From Albugo candida (lineage: Eukaryota): a DNA stretch of 64,000 nucleotides. The translations under genes were made by a program, and so were the position numbers. Below are positions 1 through 9,954 of the stretch, one piece after another. The notes beneath the pieces were generated by a model, which ran no database searches, had not been told where the DNA came from, and saw nothing but the letters and a program-made list of their open reading frames with translations. Position 1 is the stretch's first letter. Every line of letters begins with the position of its first letter. The stretch lies in NCBI GenBank assembly GCA_040437565.1, contig JBDOQK010000035.1, positions 248,001 to 312,000 on the forward strand. The letters are read 5' to 3'.

Positions 1-317
1 TCTCTTCATTCTGCTTAAAATCCCACGTTTTTGTAATCCAGACAGTTCCATGATCGACAAAAGTTATGCTAGAAGAAGTGCATTGTGCGCGCTATCTTGC
101 ATTTCTCAGCAGACGAAGACCTCCCTATAAATGTGAACAGAAATCTAATTCCGCCGGCAAAGGGAAAGTCGGAGTGTCAGTGATTGTATAGTTGTATATA
201 CTAGTTTCTGATTCACGATAACCTCCATAAACATATTTATATCATACTCAACGCACCTCTGAAGATCTTTAACAAAACGGAAACAGCAATCATTCCTTCG
301 TTGAACCTGCCGAAATA

Positions 318-2535
318 ATGACAGAGGAAGCGAATCCCAGCAATCTTTTCGAATGTCAAGCGATTTCCGAATCACAATCATTTAAAGAGAACAAGCAATC
401 GGACGAGAAAGATATAGAGAATGCCATACACTCTGAGATGCCATCCACTTTAGTCAAAAAAACGTTAGGACGAGAAGATTTTGATCAACGAAGACGTTCG
501 ACTGTGATTCCGTTTGATATTTCCTGTACGTGTTTGATAATATTGTTATAAATGCCATCTGATAAGTAAATCCATTCATTTGGACGCTATTAGCATTCAA
601 TTCTTCCCGAAAAGCATTCACAAGAGCGAATACTTCCGGCGTAAATCGATTTCGAAACAAGGATGATGCAAGTGAGTCTCTTTGTCCAGATGGTCGTAGC
701 TCAAATGGCGTGACAAAAGTACAATTGCAGTCGTCCGATGGCTCCACAGAACATGTTTCAACAGACAAGGGACCACCATGGAAGCATCTGATTCTCAAAA
801 TGACTGCGGCCACCGATGAAGATCTCATAACAAGCTTTCGATTCACAGATAAAGGAGGTGGAATTGGAAGAGATACCGAAAATATTGCGAGTATTCCAGC
901 AGATAAATCCCTCGCCAATCGAGATCACGCTCTTATTTTACATCGAGAAGATCGATTTTTCTTACGGAATGGAAATAATCAAAGCGGAACTTATGTACGA
1001 TTGACACCTTGTATGATGGAAGAAGAAAAATTGCAATGGCCACTTCTCAGAGATTGCTCTTTTCGATGCGGTAAATCCGATTTCGTGGTACTAAGTCATG
1101 ATGAGAATGCACAGACACTTGAGCTAGAAGCTGTCAGTGGGAAACTCGCCGGAGCCAAATTCAGTATTGACTGTCATGGTGGTGGAATTGGAAGGTCGAC
1201 GGAGAATGTTATTCATACTGGTGACGGTGAATTATCGAGAAAGCATGCGAAGATTATATTTGACGATCCAACTGCCAGATTCTACTTGTATGACTTGGAA
1301 TCGACGAATGGGACTTATATGCGACTTTGTGGTCCATATGACTTACCATTTCGACTCGAAAGCGGAGATGATTTGCTGATCTCACAGACGTGTTTAAGTG
1401 TCACTCATTTTGATTATGGTGTACATGAAAATATGGGAGCTCGAAAGTACATGGAGGACACGCACACTGTTATCCAAGATCTCCATATTGAATGTCTGAC
1501 AGAGCTGGGTTGGCATCCACAATCATATTTTGGTGTGTTTGATGGCCATGGCGGAGACCAAGCATCGAGTTTCATGAAGGAGCAACTTCATGTGACTATT
1601 GTTGACGAATTCTATCGACACAGAAATGTGTATGAGACGAAAGCACCGGACGCTGCTTCTGCTGTTATTTCAAATTTAGTGAAGAAGCAGATAGTGGCAG
1701 CTTTCGAAAGAACAGACAAGGATTTCCTAAAGGTATTGTGTGCTCTTCGTCTGAACCATTAGCTAAAGAAAAATAATCATGTAGAAATCTGATCGACCTC
1801 AAGCTGGCAGTACCGGAACCACAGTATTTATTGCCGGAAAGCGTTTGTTTGTGGCAAATGTAGGAGACTCGAGAACCATTTTGAGTCGTTCCGGTGAAGC
1901 TGTGCCGTTATCGAATGACCATAAACCAAATCGGCCCGATGAAGCCCAACGAATACGCGATATTGGAGGCTTTGTTATTCATGGCCGAATCATGGGCGAG
2001 CTAGCTGTATCACGAGCATTTGGAGACGCTCCATTCAAGATTCTAGACACTCCTTCCGAGCCTTTGATCGCATCTGGAGACGCAAACATTGGCTCAACGC
2101 TACAGAAAGCAGACGTTGATTCTCAGCTTACAATCAATCCAAGTGATATTCTAAAAGGACCACTCGTCATCTGCACTCCCGAAATCACCGAAACACACCT
2201 AACAGGCAAGTTTCTCACAAATTTTGAAGAAAAAGCTAATCATGGTTCCATTCAGACGAAGAAGAGTTTCTAGTGCTGGCGAGTGACGGGTTATTTGATG
2301 TGTTGGCCGATCAGGAAGTGGTCGATTTTGTGCGTGCAAAATTACTGCAAAGTCGAGACGTCCAGCGAACGACAGAGGTTTAAAGAGTGTCAATGTCATT
2401 CTTATCATTTTCTCATTATGTATGAAATGCACACAGGCTTTGGTACAGCACGCAATTGTGCATCAACGGTCTACCGACAACGTGACAGCGATCATCGTAC
2501 TTCTGAGAGACATAACGTTGTTGAAGAGGCTTTGA
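318..2535 (+). CDS. Tandem-FHA-domain PP2C (PPM) Ser/Thr phosphatase; 5 exons (approx. 318-525, 594-1732, 1785-2205, 2256-2377, 2437-2535)
   Basis: Two FHA-like modules (GIGRDTEN...ANRDHA...NQSGTY; GIGRSTEN...LSRKHA...STNGTY). PP2C motifs follow: RKYMED, FGVFDGHGG, AGSTG, ANVGDSR, DHKP, LAVSRAFGD, LASDGLFD, STDNVTAIIV. Hand-spliced introns keep the frame to TGA at 2533-2535. The start at 318 is the best guess. Confidence 0.9.
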
Positions 2536-2605
2536 TGTTAATAAAATATAATGAGGATATCAACATGTACAGTGCGTTCAGTGGATCCTTGGTCTATTTT
2601 TCGTG

Positions 2606-3674
2606 ATGAACAAGCAAAATTCGCGGATCTTGGCACTTTTTGACGTCGATGGAACACTGACACCCGCACGAAAGGTATTTGGCTTGTTACAACGTGTTTG
2701 AAGAGTGTGACGTTCGTGTGAAGACAGCTACAAATGAAATGCGGGAACGACTGAGGCGTCTAAAAAGTCAAATCACAATCGGAGTGGTCGGCGGATCGGA
2801 TCTTTGCAAGCAGAAAGAACAGCTTGGAGAAGACGGTATGAAGGATCCACCGAAGCAATAAGACCAATTGTGACAAGCAGAGACGTAGTTGTCAATGAAT
2901 TTGATTACAGCTTTTCTGAAAATGGATTAGTGGCTTACCACAACGGAAGTCTCATTGGGGAGAAAGTAAGCTCTGTTTATTATATCACAGTGTGGAAGTG
3001 ATTCAAGTGTCAATGTTATCCAGAATCTCCGCGATGAGTATACCGACGCACAATTGAATCGATTCCTCGACTATGTGCTCATGTACATCGCGTCATCACA
3101 AATTCCAGTGAAAAGGTAGCGTCAGATCACTTGGTTCTTGCTCATTGGAATAACTATACCGATCTTTTTCACAGAGGCACTTTTGTTGAGTTTCGAATGG
3201 GAATGATAAATATCTCACCAATTGGACGCAATTGTTCTCAAAAAGAGAGAGATGCGTTCGAGCAATATGACAACATCCATCATGTGAGAAAGCACTTTGT
3301 GGAGGAGCTAAAAGACAAATTTGCCGACTACAATTTCGCTTACTCGATTGGAGGACAAGTATCACATCCGCTTCTGTGCACGAACGCGTATGGCTGACAA
3401 CTTTGACTGCAGATTTCATTCGACGTTTTTCCAAAAGGTTGGGACAAAACGTTTTGCTTGCAGTATATCGACCCAAAAGCTTATGACGAAATTCATTTCT
3501 TTGGCGATAAAACACAAGAGGTACACTGTCTCCGCGCTATCTGTCGCTCACGTCTCACGCTGATATCAATAGGGAGGGAATGACTATGAGATATTTCATC
3601 ATGAACGTACAATTGGTCATTCTGTGCGATCTCCGGAAGACACGTTACGCAATTTAGACGAATTGTTCCCGTGA
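2606..3674 (+). CDS. PMM: Eukaryotic phosphomannomutase (HAD-IIB), 7 exons
   Basis: Spliced translation gives [82 protein letters not shown]. Six GT-AG introns of ~50-60 nt at approx. 2675-2723, 2837-2888, 2967-3023, 3116-3174, 3359-3412 and 3521-3572. Confidence 0.95.
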
Positions 3675-3682
3675 CAATTGCG

Positions 3683-5431
3683 TTAAGCATCCAAAAGGAC
3701 GTTTTTCCTTCCCAAAAACTCGGCCATCGGATCCTCTTCTCGTGATTTCAGCAATTTATACGCTTCCATGTCTTCTGCGGTAACATAAGATGATTCCATC
3801 GAATTATAATTCCGTTTTCGAATCGAAGAAGTTTGCTCTTTTCGTGCACGTTTGATCGCCTTCAAAAGCTTTTTCTGATCCAAGTCGGGCGCAATGGTCT
3901 CACCATACAAATCGGATCGTTTCGTCATCTTCTCACTTTTCAACGCATCAGTATCGCCGTCATCGTCATGGACGTTTTCGACACTTTCATACAATTGGCG
4001 AGATGATTCCAACGCTTGCTTCCCTTCTTGCCCTGTGCAATACGAATTCCGGACTTTGGAATGACAACAACTGTACCCCCACTGGAACTCGACACGATCA
4101 AACCAAGACCCCCACACACTCGTGTGATTGTTCTCATACACATCTTCGACGTATTTCGACTTGATTCGCGCTCGTTCCTGCCCATTAACGACACGTCCAT
4201 CGCGGGAATACTCGACATAGTGGTCACTCTGTGCCATCAACAATTCTTTTGGAGGTACTTTCAAATGGTTTTCGCCTCCGTACCTCTCCAAAATCTTTTG
4301 TCGACGCTCATGCTCCAACGTTTTCTTCTTTTCTTCGAATTGCTTCTTCAAAAATTCGGTTTGCGATGGATTTGCAATTGGATGGATATCTGTTCCTCGA
4401 GCGTGCGCTTCCCACGCAAACACTTGTGTGGACGCCAGCTTCTGTGCATCCCCCGTACAGCGAATCATGTTATCACCGATGAAGGCAGACTCGTCAATAC
4501 CAAGATCTGGATGCGGATTATCTCGCATGGAACGCGTCTTGGGGTCGTAATACGCGGAATCCGGATTCAAATTCCGCAAATATTTGGCTGTGTCTTCACG
4601 AATTCGAAGATTCCGAACTGTCGTCATCATCTGTGCACCGCCTACACCGCCTTGACGAGCCACTCGCTCTGCAAAAAGCGGTCCTTCTTCGCGATCGAGA
4701 AATTCTTCCTCTTCTGATTCGACAGCTGAGTCGTAATCAGAATCAGAATCAGAATTTTCTTGATCTGATTTTGGATGAGGAATGGTTTTGGCGGCTTGTC
4801 GATCGGCTGCGCGCTTTTGCTTCTTTTCGGCCGTCTCCTCCATCTGATTCCTTACTTTTTCCATCCTCAGTTGCTTCCGAGCGGCATCAACCTTCCCGTA
4901 TCGCTCTACTGTTTTCGCGTGCTCTCGAGGATCGTATCCAAGCCATTGATCTCGCTTCGCGTCGAACGCCAATTTCCCAAACTTCTGTGAGCGTACATCC
5001 AATAACATACGATCATCTTTGATATCCGTGTTGGTCTTCCACGCTCCCACTTTTCTGGGTCTCTCCACACACTCTTGAGTCTTGTGACTTGGAGCTCCAC
5101 AATTTTTACACGATCCTTTTTTCCATTTCGTACGCACACTCTTTTCCTGCTGTTGCGTTTGTGACTCCTTCCTTCCGTGAAGATAGATTTGATCGGCTTC
5201 TTGGGCGGATAATAAATGCAATTGATTTTGAAGCGTTTGATGTTTTAAAGAAGGTCCTGAATCACCCAAATACCATGGACGTTTGCTAATATAATCGGGA
5301 TTATGAGGATTGATGAGATTTCCTTCTGTGTCTTGCTCAGGAGGGAGAGTTCCATTTCTTCTGGCTTCATCAAGTTCTTTTTTCTTACGGAATTCGATGC
5401 CTGTGAGTCTCTCTGCGCCGGCGGATGCCAT
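3683..5431 (-). CDS. SLU7: Pre-mRNA splicing factor SLU7, intronless
   Basis: INPHNPDYISKRPWY, zinc knuckle CKNCGAPSHKTQEC, AKRDQWLGYDP, TVRNLRIREDTAKYLRNL, AYYDPKTRSMR, NHTSVWGSW, WGYSCCH. First ATG is at 5431. Confidence 0.96.
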   Translation of the reverse strand: MASAGAERLTGIEFRKKKELDEARRNGTLPPEQDTEGNLINPHNPDYISKRPWYLGDSGPSLKHQTLQNQLHLLSAQEADQIYLHGRKESQTQQQEKSVRTKWKKGSCKNCGAPSHKTQECVERPRKVGAWKTNTDIKDDRMLLDVRSQKFGKLAFDAKRDQWLGYDPREHAKTVERYGKVDAARKQLRMEKVRNQMEETAEKKQKRAADRQAAKTIPHPKSDQENSDSDSDYDSAVESEEEEFLDREEGPLFAERVARQGGVGGAQMMTTVRNLRIREDTAKYLRNLNPDSAYYDPKTRSMRDNPHPDLGIDESAFIGDNMIRCTGDAQKLASTQVFAWEAHARGTDIHPIANPSQTEFLKKQFEEKKKTLEHERRQKILERYGGENHLKVPPKELLMAQSDHYVEYSRDGRVVNGQERARIKSKYVEDVYENNHTSVWGSWFDRVEFQWGYSCCHSKVRNSYCTGQEGKQALESSRQLYESVENVHDDDGDTDALKSEKMTKRSDLYGETIAPDLDQKKLLKAIKRARKEQTSSIRKRNYNSMESSYVTAEDMEAYKLLKSREEDPMAEFLGRKNVLLDA

Positions 5432-5527
5432 TTCTTCCAATCAGTCGATCGCACGAGGGTGCACAGTTCCTTCTTCGATAAAAGATCTATAACATCATTT
5501 CCTCTACAGTCATTTCAGTTGAAGAAT

Positions 5528-5690
5528 TCTACCGTGGAAAGTTGCTGGACAGCAACTTACCGTCTTAAACTCAAGAATCGATGTACAAATTTGTCCGTTT
5601 ACGGGAATGGAATGCGTTGGAACATCTCGAAACCTCCAATATTGGTGTATGGGCTTCGTCTCAAGAGAGCGATTCCAAGTCGATTGATCT
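5528..5690 (+). pseudogene. Fragment of the CCZ1-like gene (copy of ~23578-23741)
   Basis: 5580-5690 matches 23632-23741 (ATGTACAAATTTGTCCG...CGATTGATCT). The ~50 nt before it are a diverged version of the same exon. Ends at an N gap. Confidence 0.7.
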
Positions 5691-8600
5691 NNNNNNNNNN
5701 NNNNNNNNNNNNNNNNNNNNNNNNNNNNNNNNNNNNNNNNNNNNNNNNNNNNNNNNNNNNNNNNNNNNNNNNNNNNNNNNNNNNNNNNNNCACGAAAAAC
5801 AACAAAGTTTGATAGGGTCAGATGGAAGTTAGGCTTCTGGAAGTTGGTTGTGTTTCGGGGCTAAAGCTTGCTTTTGACTGCTACGAAAGTACCTTAGCCG
5901 CACCACTCGCCGTGTTATCGTCAAGACGAGCGCTGGATAGCAATAGCGATGGAGTTCTACGTCGAGGAACTTTTCTATCCTTTGCAAGTTTGTTGAGCGT
6001 AATAAGACATACAATTGAGCGAGTCTGTAGCCATTCTCCAGAATCAGTTGTAGCAAGAGAGAGTGTTTGATCCATTGCATTGGAGTCAAGAGAAATCCCG
6101 TTGCAAGGGCTTTGTGAATTTCCTATTCGATATGAACGGGATTCTTTGCTAGGGTGTTTAATCAATGTTTGGCTGAGTAAGGGTGAAAGGCTACAACAGA
6201 CTTAGTTTTTCTTGATGAAGGGGGTGTCAATCACGATACAAATAAGAAAGGAATGTGTTAGAAACAGCCAAGAAACCGAAGAAATAAGTAAAATTAAACG
6301 TTTGTAGCGTGAAGACTTACATGGCTTGGGTGATCAATCTGGATACAACCCTCTCAGGAAAGCGTAACGTGACGATAACTTTGCTTGTGGATGATCAGAG
6401 CAGCTTGTGATGCAGCGGGCCAGCGATACTGGAAACAAGGATGTGCTTATTGAATAAACCAACGAATCAGAGAACCGACAAGTGTGCGAGCAATCTGCTG
6501 ACGTATGTATATTTTTTAAAGGAGTCGACGAAGCAGATGTGCCCGATCTCTATTCAACAAGCCAATGCAGATTCACAGTGCAGGAGCGTGATCGGGACAT
6601 CGTCGCTGCAATGAGTCTATGGCAACTCAGACACTTATCGAAGAAGCGCCTCAGTCGTCAGAAGCCTTGGTATATTAGCAAGTTGTTCGCAGAACATCTT
6701 CCTCACCCTCCATCATATCATATTGTTCTCATAGCTTCTTCCATTATGCATACTGGAAGAGATACTCGATCTGGCGTGCATGTGAAATCCGCTTCAAGAG
6801 AGATGGTTAATCTCCCCAAAGATTTGAATGGAGGTGCTACCACATTGTAGCAAGGATCAAAATGGTCAAATGTTGTGTACCGCCCTGTTTCGCACCCCGC
6901 ATGCGAACAAACGGAAGAGTATTATGATCACGGCGGACAACAATATTGGTATGGTGAGCGCCTCAAAGTTTGTCGTGTTTTCGAGTATACTGTAACACTA
7001 CAGCTTACTTTGGATCCTCGCAGAAATACTTTCTAGAAACCCAGTCACATACGGTGCACATATCTGCCTCTGAAGAATTGCACGATGATTTAATCCACGG
7101 CATTGTATATGGCTGCGACCAGCGCCTTCAAGCAAGCTACTTCCAAGCAGGATTCGTTACCATTGAATTTCTCAGTACCCTTGCTCGGATTCCAATTCAA
7201 ATTCATTGCACGACGTCGACAACACTGAGCACCACCATCATGACGACGTAAACCATCATCAATCAATATCTTACGACGACTGTACGAAGTTCAGTTGTAA
7301 TTGAGCGACATCTTATCTTGCCAAGAATCAAACTTGTCTGGACGCCAACATTTCGACACAAAGGTAGACCCTGTTACATGACCAACCCCTCTTCCTTCTG
7401 AAGCCTTTTATGAAGGCTACTTTCTTCAACAGCATTTTTCGTCAATTTGAAAAGTTCAGGAAGACAGCAGCACTATGTGAGAATTGCCTTGCATCCTTTT
7501 GCGGCTACTGGCCCCGGGCTCAAGTTCTGAATTATCGCCAACTATTTGTTAGAGATGCGATACTGTCACCAATCTTGCGCTTGCGTGATCCTTCCGTCGC
7601 GGGAAAATCATATCAATTAGCTTCTTTGCATCATGACAGCAAATCGTCCCAGGTCTTCCCGATAACGTAATGCGGGAATGTGGCGCCATAGTACGTGGAG
7701 GGATCTTCTGCAGACATAATAGTTTGCGTATGAAGGATCGGAAATCATACCCAACTTCCGCAGCGTTCGTGGCTCCAATGACAGAGATGCCGTACAAAAG
7801 CTCGCACTCAGACATCGGTCGACCACTTTCTCTTCTTGCCGATTCCTGTGAACCCCATATGAAAGCTCAGTTATCAAGACTTTGCTGAATAAAAAGCGAA
7901 GATTTTCTGGACCGAGCACTGATATAAGACGCCAGATGTGATGGACTGCATCATTATCAAGAAAGTTGAAGTGTCGTAGTTTCACCACACGTTCTCATCT
8001 CAGATTAGCAATATCATGAGGAAGTAGTGAAGATAGCGCTGTCAATGATCGCTATTGGGACTCGTTCACAAATACTGGGAAGTAAATCCCTTTTCATAGG
8101 TCTGCTGAACCTCTTCGAATATACATTAGCCATAATTCCTCACGTGACCACTTGGGCACTCAGGAACCATCCATTTGTCATACCACATAACTGTTCTATC
8201 ACAAGCTAGACATATTGCTGTTCGATGGCAACCACATTGGTCGCAGGATTGATAGCTGTGACACACAATGCCATGGTAGTATGTCGAATAATTTGGCCAC
8301 CACGTGTTCGAACACCTTCCAAGTCTCCACCCGCTTCATTCCTCAAGCAGACGCCAGTCGACTTGACGTTTTGTGGTTCACATTACTGACATTAAGTTTG
8401 GTGTGGCCACATTACATGTTGAGCTCTTAGGTTGCCAGATGGCAGAATCTCCTTGATCGCGACAGAAGGAGCTACCTAGGGTCCGCTGTCTCCCACATTG
8501 GGAAAAGAAGGCGATTTTCTCATACAGATAGCTATCAGCTCATCGTTCAGCTGAATAGAAGAGCAACGTTACTTCCTTAAACTTGAGGCAATCGAACACT

Positions 8601-8881
8601 CGAGGAGGATATAATGTCGCATTACTTAACTTTCAAGATCTTGGCGCAAGCGCGCATCGTACTTTGTAATCATTTACTGAATGGTTAGCTTAAATTATCG
8701 CAATCAAACGTTCGAAAACCTTTTTTTTTGTACACATCCTCGTTTAGACGAGAAATCGAACGCTTGTGTAGTTTGATCGTGGATATTCGCTTCTTAAGTT
8801 GATTTAAATAGCGGGTAGGTTTCACAGAAGTCAGCTGCGAAAGGACTGATATCCCACTTTCTCGCATGGACCTAGAAGTGA

Positions 8882-8896
8882 TCACTTTTAAATTTA
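8882..8896 (+). promoter_or_regulatory. Oomycete-type Inr/FPR core promoter element upstream of secreted gene copy 1
   Basis: TCACTTTTAAATTTA lies ~10-20 nt upstream of ATG 8905, is identical in the paralog and resembles the YCAYTY-NNN-WTTY consensus. Confidence 0.55.
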
Positions 8897-8904
8897 CGGC
8901 AAAC

Positions 8905-9954
8905 ATGAGAGGTCTCGCTTTTCAACTTTACGCTCTCCAGCTTTTTTCAAAAGCCCAGCTATCGTATACCATCGACATCTTTCAACTAGAAACATTCGAA
9001 AATAGCGTTGTAGCACTTTGTGCACACAATATTGGGCCAGGATCGTGGGACATCCCCTATTCTTACACTTTGGATGGAAACAAGAACTATGGCACGCTAA
9101 ATATAGCGGGGCTTTCGGATCGTAACACAGGTAAACTTTTAGCCAAATCTAATGACGCTTCTTCAACAGATTCATCAGCCTGTTGCTTTGGATTTCCACG
9201 CAAACGTTCAGGAAATGAAGATCTACTACAAGGTAAACAAGGTTCAGAATACGGAAAAGAACATCTCGTTCAACCATTGGTGCTCTCAGAAACTGTGATG
9301 ATAAAAATAATTGAAAAGGAAACGGAAAAACATGGATTGAGCCCCAACGATGTACATCTCACATACCAATGGTCTGAGAAGGATGGTCCACAATTACATA
9401 TCAAACCTCAAACACTTCCTTACACCGCGTATACCTTATCCTTTGAAAACGGTATGCTAGGTCTTATACTGGCTAAAATCAGATTCGATGCATCCCTTTC
9501 TAGGGACGAATTAATGATGAATGAAGTTCAAAACCTGTATTTCGACTTTGGAAAACTGGCAACCACAGTACCGGAGAAAATGTATAACGTAATCACGCGC
9601 AGACTAAAAAATAAGGGGGGCATTGACATTGTCGATACGAAACGCATGACCTTCAATTGCCCGAAAAAAAAAGCGGAATTGAAATCCTTAATGCCAAGCA
9701 TTACATTTGAATTCAGGTCCAAGTTATTACTTCGTTCTTACATCTTATCAAGCGAGGAATACATTCAGGAATACATTGAAGAGGTCACCGAACAAAGAGT
9801 TGGGAATGAAGTCCATAAAAATTTGTGCTACTTAACACTTGTACCGCACAACAAGCCTGATTGGATTATCGGAGCTACGTTTGCCAAACAATTATCCCCC
9901 AAAATACGATGGCTTCCTGGCCGTAGACTGGGAAAGCTTGAAGTTATCTTTTAA
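8905..9954 (+). CDS. Putative secreted pepsin-fold (A1 C-lobe) pseudo-protease, paralog 1 (349 aa)
   Basis: Intact intronless ORF. N-terminus MRGLAFQLYALQLFSKAQLS is signal-peptide-like. C-terminal half has LYFDFGKLATTVP, TFNCP, MPSITFEF, SYILSSEEYI, CYLTL and WIIGATF in A1-peptidase order. No DTG/DSG motif. Confidence 0.7.
   Translation: MRGLAFQLYALQLFSKAQLSYTIDIFQLETFENSVVALCAHNIGPGSWDIPYSYTLDGNKNYGTLNIAGLSDRNTGKLLAKSNDASSTDSSACCFGFPRKRSGNEDLLQGKQGSEYGKEHLVQPLVLSETVMIKIIEKETEKHGLSPNDVHLTYQWSEKDGPQLHIKPQTLPYTAYTLSFENGMLGLILAKIRFDASLSRDELMMNEVQNLYFDFGKLATTVPEKMYNVITRRLKNKGGIDIVDTKRMTFNCPKKKAELKSLMPSITFEFRSKLLLRSYILSSEEYIQEYIEEVTEQRVGNEVHKNLCYLTLVPHNKPDWIIGATFAKQLSPKIRWLPGRRLGKLEVIF

Noticed and set aside
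4016-5022. Long plus-strand ORFs (233 aa, 129 aa) opposite SLU7, and similar short ORFs opposite AGO, PP2C and Copia
   Set aside because: Antisense shadows of real coding sequence with no recognisable motifs.
8866-8904. Upstream in-frame ATG giving a 13-aa extension (MDLEVITFKFTAN; also 31307-31345)
   Set aside because: It lies upstream of the Inr/FPR-like motif and would mask the signal-peptide-like segment, so the second ATG is preferred. Not proven without 5' RACE.
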